The notes beneath the pieces were generated by a model, which searched no databases, was not told the origin of the DNA, and saw only the letters and a list, made by a program, of their open reading frames with translations. The translations under genes were made by a program, and so were the position numbers. A stretch of 64,000 nt of DNA, from positions 133,672,001-133,736,000 of the forward strand of contig NC_042999.1 of the NCBI RefSeq assembly GCF_006345805.1, in the 5' to 3' direction. This DNA is from Octopus sinensis. Its lineage: Eukaryota. Of the stretch, positions 1-12,518 are shown in pieces (the first letter of the stretch is position 1; each line of letters begins with the position of its first letter).

Positions 1-247
1 GAGCAGAGGCTAATCTAGAAGTAACAGGAAAGCAGAGGCTGCAGTATATTTTTGAACGACTTCATCTTAATCCTTTTTTAGATAAAAGCACCGTCTCAGA
101 TATGGAAACAGTATTGTAGTATGGGCGTCCCTTAGCCCTGTAGAAGGCTACAAGTTATTGATGGCTGAAATATTTTGTAACTCTCAAGGGAAAGGTTAAT
201 CCTTGATATATCGTGAATGTAATATGTCAATCATGCCTATTATTCGA

Positions 248-328
248 GGCTCTGATGAAGCTATAAGATATTACTGAGACACTCAAGTATGAGTCCATTG
301 CACATTATAGCAGAAACAGCCGTGGGCT
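248..328 (+). ncRNA. Decayed type-I hammerhead ribozyme motif (PLE pseudo-LTR type)
   Basis: GGCT-CTGATGA-A-GCTATAA-(~38 nt loop)-TTATAGC-A-GAAAC-AGCC-GTG-GGCT. Core is canonical and stem II is a perfect 7 bp. Stem I depends on G-U pairs, and the cleavage triplet is GUG (not NUH). Confidence 0.55.
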
Positions 329-717
329 AATGAAGGTTATTCGTGCTTCATTTTCTTATAATGTATTCATATATATTTATACCTTTACATTTGTATGTGC
401 ATATTTTTTGTGATTGCTAATCATCCTCTCATGGGCTGAGGTGGTGACGAAGGATGGGCATAAACAATATTCAATGAATTGTTGTCTATATAAACCATAC
501 CATCAACTCCCCCCCCCCAATTGATAGTAAGAGTTATCGTTCCCTTCACAATGTAGATGTTGGCACATGTGAATGGGTATGGTAATATAGATATAGAAGT
601 GTTCCAACTACTTGTGTATACTGCAGCGGTTCATAGATTTGAGCGCCGATGAAACTGTGAGCTGCAGAATATAAAATATAGTCATACATACACATACGAC
701 TGTATGTGCGCGCATGC

Positions 718-818
718 GTATGTGCATACACACACACATACACATACATACATATATACATACATATATACATACATACGTAATACATACATACATACAT
801 ACATACATACATACATAC

Positions 819-863
<45 letters not shown>
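718..863. repeat. Compound microsatellite (CA)n/(TACA)n/(TA)n, one example of the dozens of such tracts in the window
   Basis: Read directly from the sequence. These tracts produce the YIYI, HTHT and CVCV pseudo-ORFs. Confidence 0.95.
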
Positions 864-866
<3 letters not shown>

Positions 867-2169
867 CTTAGAATTTGTGTGTGCATGCGTGCGTGCGTGT
901 GTGTATATGTGTGTGTGTGAGCTATTACTAACATGAACACACTCATTAGCATACACCCACACTCTTATGAGCATATATGATACGAAAGCATAAAATAGAG
1001 AGAAAATGCCGAATGTTGCCAAAATTGCCAGTATCATATAATAATTTCACTCCTCTTTAGTAATGGTGAAGCCGAAGAGCACAGAGAACCGGGGGTTAGG
1101 AAAGAGGCAGAAAGAAGAAAAGAATTTTGATAGCAGAAGACCGAGGTTAGTGTGGTGGGGGGGAAGAAATTGAGCTAGCTGTTCACGATGCTACGTGGAT
1201 GGAAAGGAAAAGCTACCAATTTAATTGGTATTCAATTTGTGTTGTCTGAAATTGCATCTAACCTGTTCGCAAATCAATATCTTGTATTCCGTGAGTTATT
1301 TATTCCTACAATATAGCGTCTTTATATCTCACATTTGATAACAAATCTGTATTTATGTGTTATTATTCTAAATATTGATTATTAAATTTATAGCTTGTTT
1401 AACAAATGAAGACCATAAAATTTATGTCTCAATGCGATTCCTATCTACGTACACTTCATCGTACAGTTTAATAACGTGGTTCACATCAACACGTCTACAC
1501 ACGTATGCACACGCAACGAGTATGTTATTGCTGTGTAGGTATATACTCATATCTATCTGTCTTTCTCTACCTCGGTCTCTCTCTTTCTCTCCTCCCTTCC
1601 CTCTCTCTTTCTCCGCATGTCTCCTCTTCTTTCTTTTTTTCTCTCTACCTGTCTTTTCTATCTATGAATCTCTCCCTCCCCCTCTCTCTGTATGTATGTA
1701 TATACAGACACACACGTTTACACACTTACATATATACAGTGTAAAAAAAAAAGAGAGAAATAATCTAAGGGAAATATCTTGAATAGACGAATCATTTCGA
1801 AAAGGGTCGACGTACATAATAAAATTCTTAAGTGAAATTTACCTCATTTGAAGAAAGAAATATAAAAAATCTGGCATAAATTATTATCGCCTCTGAACCA
1901 AAAAAAAAGTTAAATAAGAATAAATTTTCTCAGAACTAATTTACATAATTTGGTGTAAAAGGGTGATTCTGATTGCAGTCAAAAACACGTTTGCGGATAT
2001 GTTTCAGTCTAGTTGTACCTCATCAACATAACATAATGTATAAGAATCTGCTTTGAACAATTGACAATGGATTTTCTTACAGAGAGCAACTTCAGGAAAT
2101 TTTTAATCGTTTCAACAATTTCAATAAAAATTGCTATGGAAAATAACTAGAGTGAGTCTGTATTATGTG

Positions 2170-2520
2170 TTTACATAAATAAGTTAACAGAAGCGTCGAA
2201 TCAGTGCTATTATATGGCAGTGGAAGATGGACACCGACAAAGAAATTATCAAGCGGGCTAAATGGATGCTACGAATGACCCCAAATGTGAAATGGCAGCA
2301 ACATAAGAGTAACGAATGCCTTTATAGAGACCTGCCGAAAGTTAGCGAGAAGATCAAGCAAGTGCCGCTGCGATAATCTGATTTCTGCTTGCGCCACTCT
2401 GAGCTGGTAGCATCTTCATTAGTCTTGTCGAACCCACTTCATGGAGATGTAAGAAGAAGCAAGCGTTGCCACATCTACATCGATGAATTGAGTGCAAACG
2501 CAGGCCTGGAATATATCAAG
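2170..2520 (+). pseudogene. Decayed C-terminal/RT-thumb fragment of an RTE-like non-LTR retrotransposon
   Basis: Translation MLRMTPNVKWQQHKSNECLYRDLPKVSEKIKQ..*..CLRHSELVASSLVL..PLHG.VRRSKR...YIDEL fits the RTE-type pattern W..H.TN..LY..LP..S..I..RRL..AGHC.RH......LVLW.P.HG....GR...YID.L. Stops are present. Confidence 0.7.
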
Positions 2521-2706
2521 GATCTCGTGGTGTGTTTACGTCCCCGTAACTTAGTGGTTTGGAAAAAGAAAAACGATAGAATAAGTACCAGACATAAAGA
2601 AAAAGTAAGTTCTGGGATGGATCGACTTGTTCGACTAGAATCTTTCAAGGTGGTTCTCCATCATGGCTGCAGTAAAAATGACTGAAACAAGTAAAAGAAT
2701 AAAAGA
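2520..2706 (+). mobile_element. SINE family B, 3' half
   Basis: Contains gtttacgtccccgtaacttag...aataagtacc...catggctgcagt..aatgactgaaacaagtaaaaga, shared with the copies at 12240, 13895, 58425 and 61320. Confidence 0.75.
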
Positions 2707-2721
2707 ATATATATATATATA

Positions 2722-3617
2722 TTGGACCATCCCATAAATAACGCGGTTTTTTAAACTTAAGCTGCTCAAGCTACTCGCAGTAGTTCTCCTTTGTTATCGT
2801 TTGGTTTGGGTTTAAAAGTTCAAAGTGGACGAAGCCTTTCGTATCCCACCAAACAGATAACAACACCTTACGTCGGTGAAGACCTTCTTTAGTCTACTAG
2901 GGTGCCGGTGTTTCTCCGTTTCCTACCCACTGTCTTCGGCGCTTGACATCTTTATAGAGAACCCATTTCTCGTCATCAGTCACTATTCAGCCTAAAAAAA
3001 GTCCATTCGTGAGACGTGACAGCAAAGAAGAGCACACAAACTCTCTGCGCGCGATCGGACTCGGTAAGTTTGTGAGGAACCTATTGACTCAATTTTCTGA
3101 CTTTTCCGATGTCATGCAGGTGTTGGTTGAATGGTTGAATGACCATAGCCAAGCCCTCTGCTAGATCCTCAACAGTTACGATGGGATTTTGTTCCACCAG
3201 GGTTTGCAAGACGTCCTCGTCGAGCTCTACAGATTTTCCAGGACGAGGCTCGTCTTCTAGGCTGTAGTTCCCCGACTCGGAATTTCTGGAACCATTGTTG
3301 ACACTGGCTTACGCTTATTATCTGATCCCCATATACTGCATTTATTTCCCTCGCACATTTCGTTGCGTTGTTGCTTTTATTGAACTCATAAAGCAAAATA
3401 TGCCGAATATGCTCCTTTGTCACTTCCATTACAGCTTTGAAAAAATAACTGTTAAGATCGAACTGCATGCTTCAAAACTTGCACAGAGAATAAGCACAAG
3501 GTAAAATTATTACCTGCTTTTATAGCAAGTTGACGCAGGTAGTTTATCCCGTTCCCCTCCGACGTTTAGTTCATGCAATTGAAGAAAAAAAAACGCATTA
3601 TTTATGGGATGACCCAA
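2722..3617 (-). mobile_element. Internally deleted mariner (Tc1/mariner) element with TIRs and TA target-site duplication
   Basis: TIRs ttggaccatcccataaataacgcgg (from 2722) and gcattatttatgggatgacccaa (to 3617), flanked by TA. ORF 3169-3468 MEVTKEHIRHILLYEFNKSNNATKCAREINAVYGDQIISVSQCQQWFQKFRVG is the mariner N-terminal HTH. Frameshifted LEDEPR and linker/first-D remnants follow; the C-terminal catalytic part is missing. Confidence 0.9.
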
Positions 3618-3793
3618 TACATATACATATAGATAGACAGACAGCCAGACAGATAGACAGATGGATAGATAAACAGACAGACAGACGAACATATGGATGG
3701 ATGGATGGATAGACAAGCTGACAGATGGATAGATGGGTGGATGGATATATGGATAGGTAGGTAGATAGATAGATAGATACATACATACATACA

Positions 3794-3824
<31 letters not shown>

Positions 3825-4269
3825 CATACGTATATACATATTTACATACAAAGATTCTTAATATATGTGATGGGGCTAACTGTGCACGTATTTGTGTCTG
3901 TCTGCATGTGTGCATATGTGTTTGTGAGAGAGAGAGAGAGAGAAAGAAAGTGAGAGAGCGAGGGAGAGAGAGATGTATGAGTGAGTGAGCTTGTAGACAA
4001 TGAAGACAAATGCCGCTTCTGAAAACATTATCTTATGCCTAATTGAAGTTGGTTGGGAAAATGTTTAACACAGACACAAACACAGCGGGTGTCTATCGCA
4101 TCCCACTGGTATGTGTTTTTAATGTATTTCTCTTCCCGCCACTCTCTTTTTCTCTCTCTCTCCCTTCTCCTCCCTCTTTCCTGTCTCTTTCTTCTCTCCT
4201 CTCTCTCTCTCTTTCGCTTGTTCGCTCTCTCTTTTACCATACTATATACATGTGTGTGTGTGTGTGTGT

Positions 4270-4308
<39 letters not shown>

Positions 4309-4309
<1 letters not shown>

Positions 4310-4512
4310 AGGCGTGGGTATGTGGTAAGAATCTTGCTTCCAAACCACATGGTTTGGGGTTCAGTTCCAGTTCGTGACATATTGGGCGAGTCTCCTCAAC
4401 TACGGCCTCGGGTCGATTAAAGTCTTCTGAATGGCTCTGGTGGAAGGAAACTGAAGTACATTTAAACCCGTCGTTATGCATATATGTGTGTGTCTTTGTA
4501 TCTGTGTTTGGC
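4309..4512 (+). mobile_element. SINE family B, tRNA-derived 5' half
   Basis: tgtggtaagaatcttgcttccaaaccacatggtttggggttcagttcc is an A/B-box-like head, followed by the family-B body. Confidence 0.7.
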
Positions 4513-4708
4513 ACAAGGCCAGCAATTTCGAGGAATGGGTTAAGCCGATTGCATCGACTTCAGGATTAAACTGGTATTAATTTTATCGACCCCGAAAGGA
4601 TGAAAGATAAAATCAACTTCGGCGTAATTCGAAGTCAGAACGTGTCGACGGATGACATGCCACTAAGCATTCTATCCGGCGTGATAACAATTCTGCTACC
4701 TCGCCGCC
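4510..4708 (-). mobile_element. SINE family A (tRNA-like head, gtcgactttgcctttcatcctttcggggtcgataaa core)
   Basis: Diverged copy of the family found more than 10 times in the window. Confidence 0.8.
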
Positions 4709-4747
<39 letters not shown>

Positions 4748-4791
4748 TATACTATATATATATATATATATATATATATGTAGCACGAAGC

Positions 4792-4842
4792 TTTGTCAGT
4801 GAACAGGTCGCGGTCTCAAAGCGACGAAAATATTTTGACAAA
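4792..4842 (+). ncRNA. Minimal type-I hammerhead ribozyme with G3:C8 core swap, in a PLE pseudo-LTR-like segment (~4780-4985) between (TA)n tracts
   Basis: TTTGTCA-GTGAACA-G-GTCGC-GGTCTCAAA-GCGAC-GAAA-ATAT-TT-TGACAAA: 7-bp stem I, 5-bp stem II, palindromic AATATT stem III. Confidence 0.75.
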
Positions 4843-5081
4843 TCAAATTTAAATGTTGAAGTGAATCTAACGGTTTTGTGTGTTTCTTAAATGGCTTATA
4901 AACACCTTCCACGCTGCAATTGTTTTCGTTCCAGCACACGATCTCAGATCAAGTCACTCGCTATGCAAGTACATTTCCGTAATATATATATATATATATA
5001 TAATAATAAATATTAGGGAATGAATCCAAAATTACAGGGAAAAATCAGATTTAGGGTTAATCCAATTTTATAGTAAAATAT

Positions 5082-5401
5082 TATATAATATAATTCGAGA
5101 CAAAACCACTATTTTAAAACCAAACAAGAAAAGACTTAATCAATACATAAAATTTTAATATAAATTAAATAAACCGCCACAACAATTGTGCATGTCTGCT
5201 ACCGACAATCTTCAGGTGGATTTTCGATCTTCTAATCAGTATCAAAATTTGATACTGATTAGAAGATCGAAAATCCACCTGAAGATTGTCGGTAGCAGAC
5301 ATGCAACAATTGTTGTGGCGGTTATTTAATTTATATTAAAATTTTATGTATTGATTAAGTCTTTTCTTGTTTGGTTTTAAAATAGTGGTTTTGTCTCGAA
5401 T

Positions 5402-5412
<11 letters not shown>
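5082..5412. repeat. Near-perfect ~331-bp palindrome centred on 5247, carrying a hammerhead-like motif in each arm
   Basis: ...cagtatcaaa-a-tttgatactg... The arms differ by only a few single-base indels. Confidence 0.95.
5275..5318 (+). ncRNA. Hammerhead-like motif (mirror copy at 5177-5219 on the minus strand)
   Basis: CCAC-CTGAAGA-T-TGTC-GGTAGCA-GACA-T-GCAAC-AATT-GTT-GTGG. Topology is correct, but GAAA reads GCAA here and GCA in the mirror copy. Confidence 0.55.
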
Positions 5413-5454
<42 letters not shown>

Positions 5455-5699
5455 ATATATATTGACATGTACGCACACGCACATTAGAATGACAAAGTCA
5501 CATTATGAATGAGTATATAGAAATATTGTTGATAGAAATGTTTTGTGTATAGTTTTATTTTTATACATATTCCACCAGTAATTGAACAGATCAATAATTG
5601 AATACGTTGCAGGCGTGAACATCATCACTTAATTTCGGAACCTACTGTCTCATCATTTAATTTCGGAACCAACTCTTTTTCACATGAGAGTAGGGGTAT

Positions 5700-6008
5700 A
5701 TTTGAGGGAGCTGCCTAACAATTTAGGCAAATGTTTTCTACTATAGGTTTGGCTAAGTTCTGAGCGTGAGTTGTAGGCGAAGGCACTTTATTTCACGTTG
5801 TTCCAGTTCCTTCGGCTGTAGAACTGATTTGCGATGTCACAGGTGCCAAGCTGTATCGGCCTTTGACTTTCCTTTGGACAAGATCAATGGTGCGGCGAGA
5901 AGCAGGTATGCATGGCCGATTGCTGGTCTTCCATAAGCAACATTTTCTGGATATGTGCCTAGGAGGGGAACATTGTAGGTGCTATCCCATGGTCATTCAT
6001 GACCGAAG
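5700..6008 (+). mobile_element. SINE-like repeat (family D), copy 1 of a tail-to-tail inverted pair
   Basis: ttgtaggcgaaggcactttatttcac...ggtgccaagctgtatc...ggtcattcatgaccgaagg matches the reverse complement of 6140-6400. Confidence 0.75.
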
Positions 6009-6018
6009 GGGGGGGGTC

Positions 6019-6049
<31 letters not shown>

Positions 6050-6139
6050 TTGTATGTATGTATATTTGTATGGATGTTTGTATATATGTTTGTTTGTATG
6101 TATGTATTATATAGAGGGAGGTGTCAGGGTGAAGAGTAA

Positions 6140-6482
6140 AGACCTCCTTCGGTCATGAATGACCAAGGGATTGCACCTAGAAAGTTCCTCTCCAAAGCAC
6201 AAGTCCAGGCAAGGTTGTTTATGAAAGACCATCAGACGCCCATACATCCCAGCCTCCCCACTCCATGCCACCAATGTTGTCCAAGACAAAGGCTGATACA
6301 GCTTGGCACCAGTGATGTTGCAACTCATTTCTACAGCTGAGTGAACTGAAGCAATGTGAAATAAAGTGTCTTCGCCTACAATATACGCTCGCAAGTTTTT
6401 AGTTAGCCCAAAACTATAGAATACAACACACAGTCTGGTCCGGGAATCGAACTCACTATCTCATAATTGCGAGTCCGAACAT
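6140..6482 (-). mobile_element. tRNA-derived SINE (family D), copy 2
   Basis: The minus strand begins gttcggactcgcaattatgagatagtgagttcgattcccgg (B box GAGTTCGATTCC). The body is homologous to 5700-6008. Confidence 0.75.
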
Positions 6483-8433
6483 CCATATATTCCTCAGGGG
6501 TTGACACCAACCCTTGGCATTGAGAGTTATGCCAGCTACCAAACTGGTCGTTACTGCACTACCCTAAAGGTCCCAGGTATCCCATCTAGGACGAGGCCCA
6601 TGTACAGCAATAAATTGGGATTCAAGTGCCCATAGCTATTCAACGCCATTTGAAAACGGTGCCCCAGCATGACCACAGCCTTTGGGCTGAAACGTATAAA
6701 ATAAACCTGTGTATGTGTGTGTGTTTGTGTATACCTCACTTTAGTTTAGACCATATGATTCGTACTTATTGTGTATCGTATTGATAATGGTGACATCATA
6801 CTGTTTGTCCAGGTCATTGTGAAGGAATTTAATTTCAATTTGTATTCGGTTAGCAAGTTCATCGACGAAATTATATATATCGATTATATAACAGTGAATC
6901 GAACGGTGAACGACATGCTTATTATGTAAACTAATCGGAGCATCGACTTGTTACTATTTATATATGTGTGTGTGTGTGTGTATGTGTGTGCGTTTCTGGT
7001 GCATGTATGTGAATACATGTATATATGACAAATATATTAAAAATATATATAAAACATTAGATTAACATACGCATATATATGTATAAATACATACGCACAT
7101 TCATATTAATAGGCACACACATACACAAGTACACACACACACACACAAGCATATATATACATACATACGTACGTACATATATATATATTTGTGTGTGTGT
7201 GTGTATGTGTACGTATGTATGTATGAATGTATTCACATACATACGTGAATGTTTCCATTGCTGTACATATTAATAATGCCATTTCCCGTTCAATTTCGTG
7301 TTCATAACCAATATATGTAACCGCATGTCATTTTACATCTGCACGAGATGTGTCCATGTCTTCTACGCTATTATCGTCAAAATTAGCTCTTCTTACCTGG
7401 ATTAAATTGTTTCTCAGATTTTATATCACAACCTAAAATATACACTCAGAGACTTTCTATCGCAAGAAAAACCATTGAACTGTTTCAGGGATAGTATATC
7501 ATCAGAGTGCGCGTTTATAAAGCAAGAATAAGTGCCCCAAGAGGATATCAATAGAATTTTGCACGGTTCCCATAAATACTTTTAATTGCCGATTTTATTA
7601 TCATTTGCAATAAGAGAAACTTCAGCTCTTTGTTCTAATTATTTAGAAAACTGTGGGAACACATGTCGAATATGTGACATCTTAAACAAAGGCATTTCAT
7701 ATAATAACAGAGAGCTAAATTGTTGGCTATGCTTGACGGAGATATTCCAGATATTCAAACCAACTGTGGTTTCGCTGAAGAAGACATTACAAATATAAAT
7801 CTGGCATCTGTTGAGACAAATTCTTCCGGCAAATTATCACTCTTCTGATACTTACTGCCAGGCGATACGTTATACATACTGCAGGTTAAATAACCAAACA
7901 AACGTAAGTCAATATCGGAACTGTCATATAGTGTAGTGGCTAAAACCTGTAGCTGCTATGTTTTCTTAGATGCCAGCAGCAGGCTGTCCTGAACTAATGA
8001 GACCAACCTTATATGTGTTTTGAATAGACCACTTGCTCCATAATTTAGTTTACCCAGAAATCCCCGATCAACATTACATTGAGTAGCAAAATAGTTAATC
8101 AGCAACTGATGTCTAGATTTGTAAGCCATGTATGTATGTATGTATGTATGTATGTATGTATGTATGTATGTATGTATGTATGTATGTTGGTAGGTAGATA
8201 GATAGATAGGTAGGTAGGTAGGCAGGCAGGTATTAAAATATTGATTCAGATTAGCATTTCTTAAAGTTTCACAGAATTCAAGAGAAAGCTTCCGACCACT
8301 CGGTTGCATACTTCAGACTCAGTAGCTAACATCTGATGAATGAAGAGTATTCATCTCACTTTGAAATTTTAGGATATCAGTTTCTGCGCCAAGCAATTGA
8401 AAAGCTCAAAACATGATCAATGTTTTCTTCTTC

Positions 8434-8481
<48 letters not shown>

Positions 8482-8495
8482 GCTCAGCTTATATG

Positions 8496-8584
<89 letters not shown>

Positions 8585-8781
8585 GGGAGAAGTGGGGATG
8601 GTAAAGGGTGGTGTAAAGAAGAAGGAATATTGGCGGGAAATATGACAAACTGTTTAATAGGACCACAAGGTAAAAATATTTAACAGGCTCAGAGGAACGG
8701 GAACGCACTTGAGAGCCATATTCGATTGTTGTACACTGATAGCCTGCTTATTTCACCGAACTTTATATATATATATATATA

Positions 8782-8813
<32 letters not shown>

Positions 8814-8814
8814 G

Positions 8815-9113
8815 GTGTTCCAAAAGAGGTCTCAGGGAGTAGTGTCCCAGCCTTCCTGAGCTAGTTTTCCATCATATCTCTTAACAATCGTAGAAGAGGC
8901 CTTCATCTTGGGACCATTCATGTATGGAAAATGTGGTTGGGGGTAAGCAAGGGTATGATCCTCGTAGAAAATCCAGCTTCAAAAAAGCCTCATGACAGCA
9001 AGGGGTAATGGGCACCAGACAGCCCAAAGGTTGCTATGGCATTGAGGTAGATTCGGTCAACACTGTTAAAGGGAACAGAACCCGGAACTAAAACACTGGA
9101 TGATGATGATGAT
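8815..9113 (+). mobile_element. SINE/LINE-tail-like repeat ending in (TGA)n
   Basis: Non-simple ~300-bp block ending ...aaaacactgga(tga)5, a typical retroposon tail. Confidence 0.45.
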
Positions 9114-9186
9114 GAAATACACACAATCAGCTATACATACACAAATGTGCATTCAGATACCTAGATATGTATATGTGAATATATAT

Positions 9187-9260
<74 letters not shown>

Positions 9261-9387
9261 TATATATGCATACATATATGCACACGTATATATGGACGTA
9301 TACAGAATTACATTCACCAAACGCATACACACCTAAACATGTATGTGTGTTTACATGACATACGTAGCGATATATGGAATATATATA

Positions 9388-9423
<36 letters not shown>

Positions 9424-9688
9424 TGTATAAAATAAAGAATGGAACTAGTAAAATCGGACTATGAGCCAATAGTGTATATTCCAGTAAGCTTATTGTACCA
9501 GTTTTACTTGTGTCATTTTTACCTAAATTCATATATATATATACAAAGATACATATACACACACACATATATATATATTATATATATATATATATATATA
9601 ATATATATATATATAATATATATATATAATATAATATATATATATATAATATACACATATATATATATATATTTATATTATATAGAAT

Positions 9689-9722
<34 letters not shown>

Positions 9723-10518
9723 TGTATACATACATACATATAGAGAGTGAGAGACGGAGTTAGAGACAGTAACAGAGAGAGCGAACATTTCTCGATTAGA
9801 ATGCCGGTTGAACTCAGATGAAAAACACAACAAGCTATTCGAGTACAACGATCGAATATGGCTCTCAAGAAACTCGCCGTTCGCTAAGATCTCCCTAAAT
9901 AGCTTTACTTTGCCCCTATTTAACTAGCTGTCATATTGCACGCTCGTATTTCTTCTCTTTTTGGCACTACTTACCCTCTCCCCACTTCTCCAATATGTCG
10001 GCTACTTTGACCACAATGGCGAGTGGCGCTCAAGTCTATGTTTATTATATTCCATTGCAGCTGACTCATGCTGTAGTTTTTCACAGCCACGCTATATCTA
10101 AGTCTAGCATATAAACGGTAAATAGGCTGAATGATTGTTCAAACTCGACAGAAATTGCTTCCAGCAAGAGAAACAGCAGGTTATTTTGATCTTTCAAGTG
10201 GTAGTAAAAGGTGTTTGAAAGGTGAAGCTAGCGAATACAGACAATAATTGGCTGCTAACAGATATGACATTACACAGCCTCAACTCTTCAACTAGACACC
10301 GCATGCGAGACTGAACAATGCTATGTTAGCGTATATGTGATGGTGTTTGCACACGCCATTGTATGTCATGTGTGTTTAATTGCCTACGTGTACGTTTGTG
10401 TCAGTGTAAACAGGCGTACATAACTATGTAATTACTGATCTGTGTATGTATGTGTTTTGCGTGTGCGTATATATATATATGTGTGTATGTGTGTATGTGT
10501 TTGTGAATGCTTACATAG

Positions 10519-10658
<140 letters not shown>

Positions 10659-10820
10659 TAGCTAAACTCAAAGTTGTATTTCTGCACAAAGACAACACAC
10701 ACACATGAATGTATGAACAGTCATTCAAAGCCAGATATTTTGTGTCTGCATACATATACACATATGTATGTGCATGTTTGTATGCATGTATGTATATGTG
10801 TATATATGTATATGTGTATA

Positions 10821-10876
<56 letters not shown>

Positions 10877-10932
10877 ATATATATATATATATACAATATA
10901 TATATATATATTTATATAATATATATATATAT

Positions 10933-10985
<53 letters not shown>

Positions 10986-11099
10986 CATTACACATATACA
11001 TGTATACACATATATATGCATACATATATACATACACCCTCACTCACAGACACACAAACACACGTGTGTGTGTGTCAGAATTCTTGACCACGAGTTCGA

Positions 11100-11382
11100 T
11101 CCACTAAACAACTGACTTCATTGCGTTAGCATGTAAGTGGCTGAGTATTCTTTAATGGTATTCTGAGGTCGTATTATCGTGACTCCTATGAAAAGGCTGG
11201 ACCTTTGAATCAAAGTTACACTGTGTCCAATAAAATTCTTACACATATTATGCCAATCGCTTTCGTGGAGCAACTCGAAGCTAGAAAGAATGATCCATCG
11301 CGAAAATACTTGACAGTCGAATAGCAACCGGGTCCTCATGATTGGGATACGAACTCCTTAACCGTTCAGATATGGCACGCGC
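11100..11382 (-). mobile_element. Decayed tRNA-headed SINE-like repeat
   Basis: The minus strand starts gcgcgtgccatatctgaacggttaaggagttcgtatcccaatcatgaggacccggttg. The segment ...gctgagtatt...ggacctttgaat resembles 44790-44860. Confidence 0.4.
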
Positions 11383-11574
11383 ACCAACACACACATTTAG
11401 ATAGACATATAGAGATATGTAGTTGTGTGTGTGTTTGTTTGTGTGTGTGTGTGCGTGTGTGTGTTCTATCAAATTCCATTCACAAGACACTCAAAGGCAA
11501 TAGCAGAAGGCTCTTGTCTAAGGTGTTGCACTGTGAAATCGCACCTGAATCCCCAAAATTAACACACACACACG

Positions 11575-11652
<78 letters not shown>

Positions 11653-12239
11653 CACGCGCGCGCGTGCACACACACACACAGAGCAGTTAATGTCTTGAAA
11701 CACTTCGCAAATTGCAGACTTCCTCGAAAAATAACAAAAGCTGAATGCCAAAAGTTACGAGGCTTTTCATTATAAAGATCTTCCGACCATTTATAAAAAG
11801 TAAATGCATCCACGTTAGAGCATTCATGCATTTCTAGAACAATGCTGCAACACTATAACAACACATGATATATGTTGGCAGTTACAAAGAATATGAACAA
11901 AACGCCCGATTATGAACAGTTAAAAAATTGCTGTAGCAGTTCACGTCTTTCTTGTCAGTTGTAAGGCCAACATATTCCCTTTAGGAGTTATGACGCAAAC
12001 ATTGTTTCAAAATAAAACTAAACATATGTGTGTGTGTTCTAAAATATAAATAGATAATTCTTAAGCTCTTCTATGTTTTAATTTTAGTCTCTAATTGTCG
12101 AATATCCGTGCCAAATATTTCAAAATTAAATGATGCATAAATTTTGAGATATTATGTGTCATTCTTAGTCTACTGAATCTAAATCCTTCTACAATGATTC
12201 CAACAGAGATTTTAGAACAAGTCAATAAATATATTATTA

Positions 12240-12456
12240 TTCTTGTATTCTTTTACTTGTTTGTGACATTTGACTGCAGCCATGCTGAAGCATCGCCTTG
12301 AAGGGTTTTAGTCGAAGAAGCCGACCCCAGGACTTATTTTTTGTAAGCATGGTACTTATTCTATCGGTCTTTTTTGCCGTACCGCTAGGTTATGTGGACA
12401 TAAACGCACCAACATCGGTTGTCAAGCGATGGTAGGGGTCAAACACAGACACAAAG

Positions 12457-12518
<62 letters not shown>

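Noticed and set aside
8334-8385. CTGATGA followed by a hairpin and a later GAAA
   Set aside because: The hairpin overlaps the core itself, GAAA is out of register, and there is no stem I or III.
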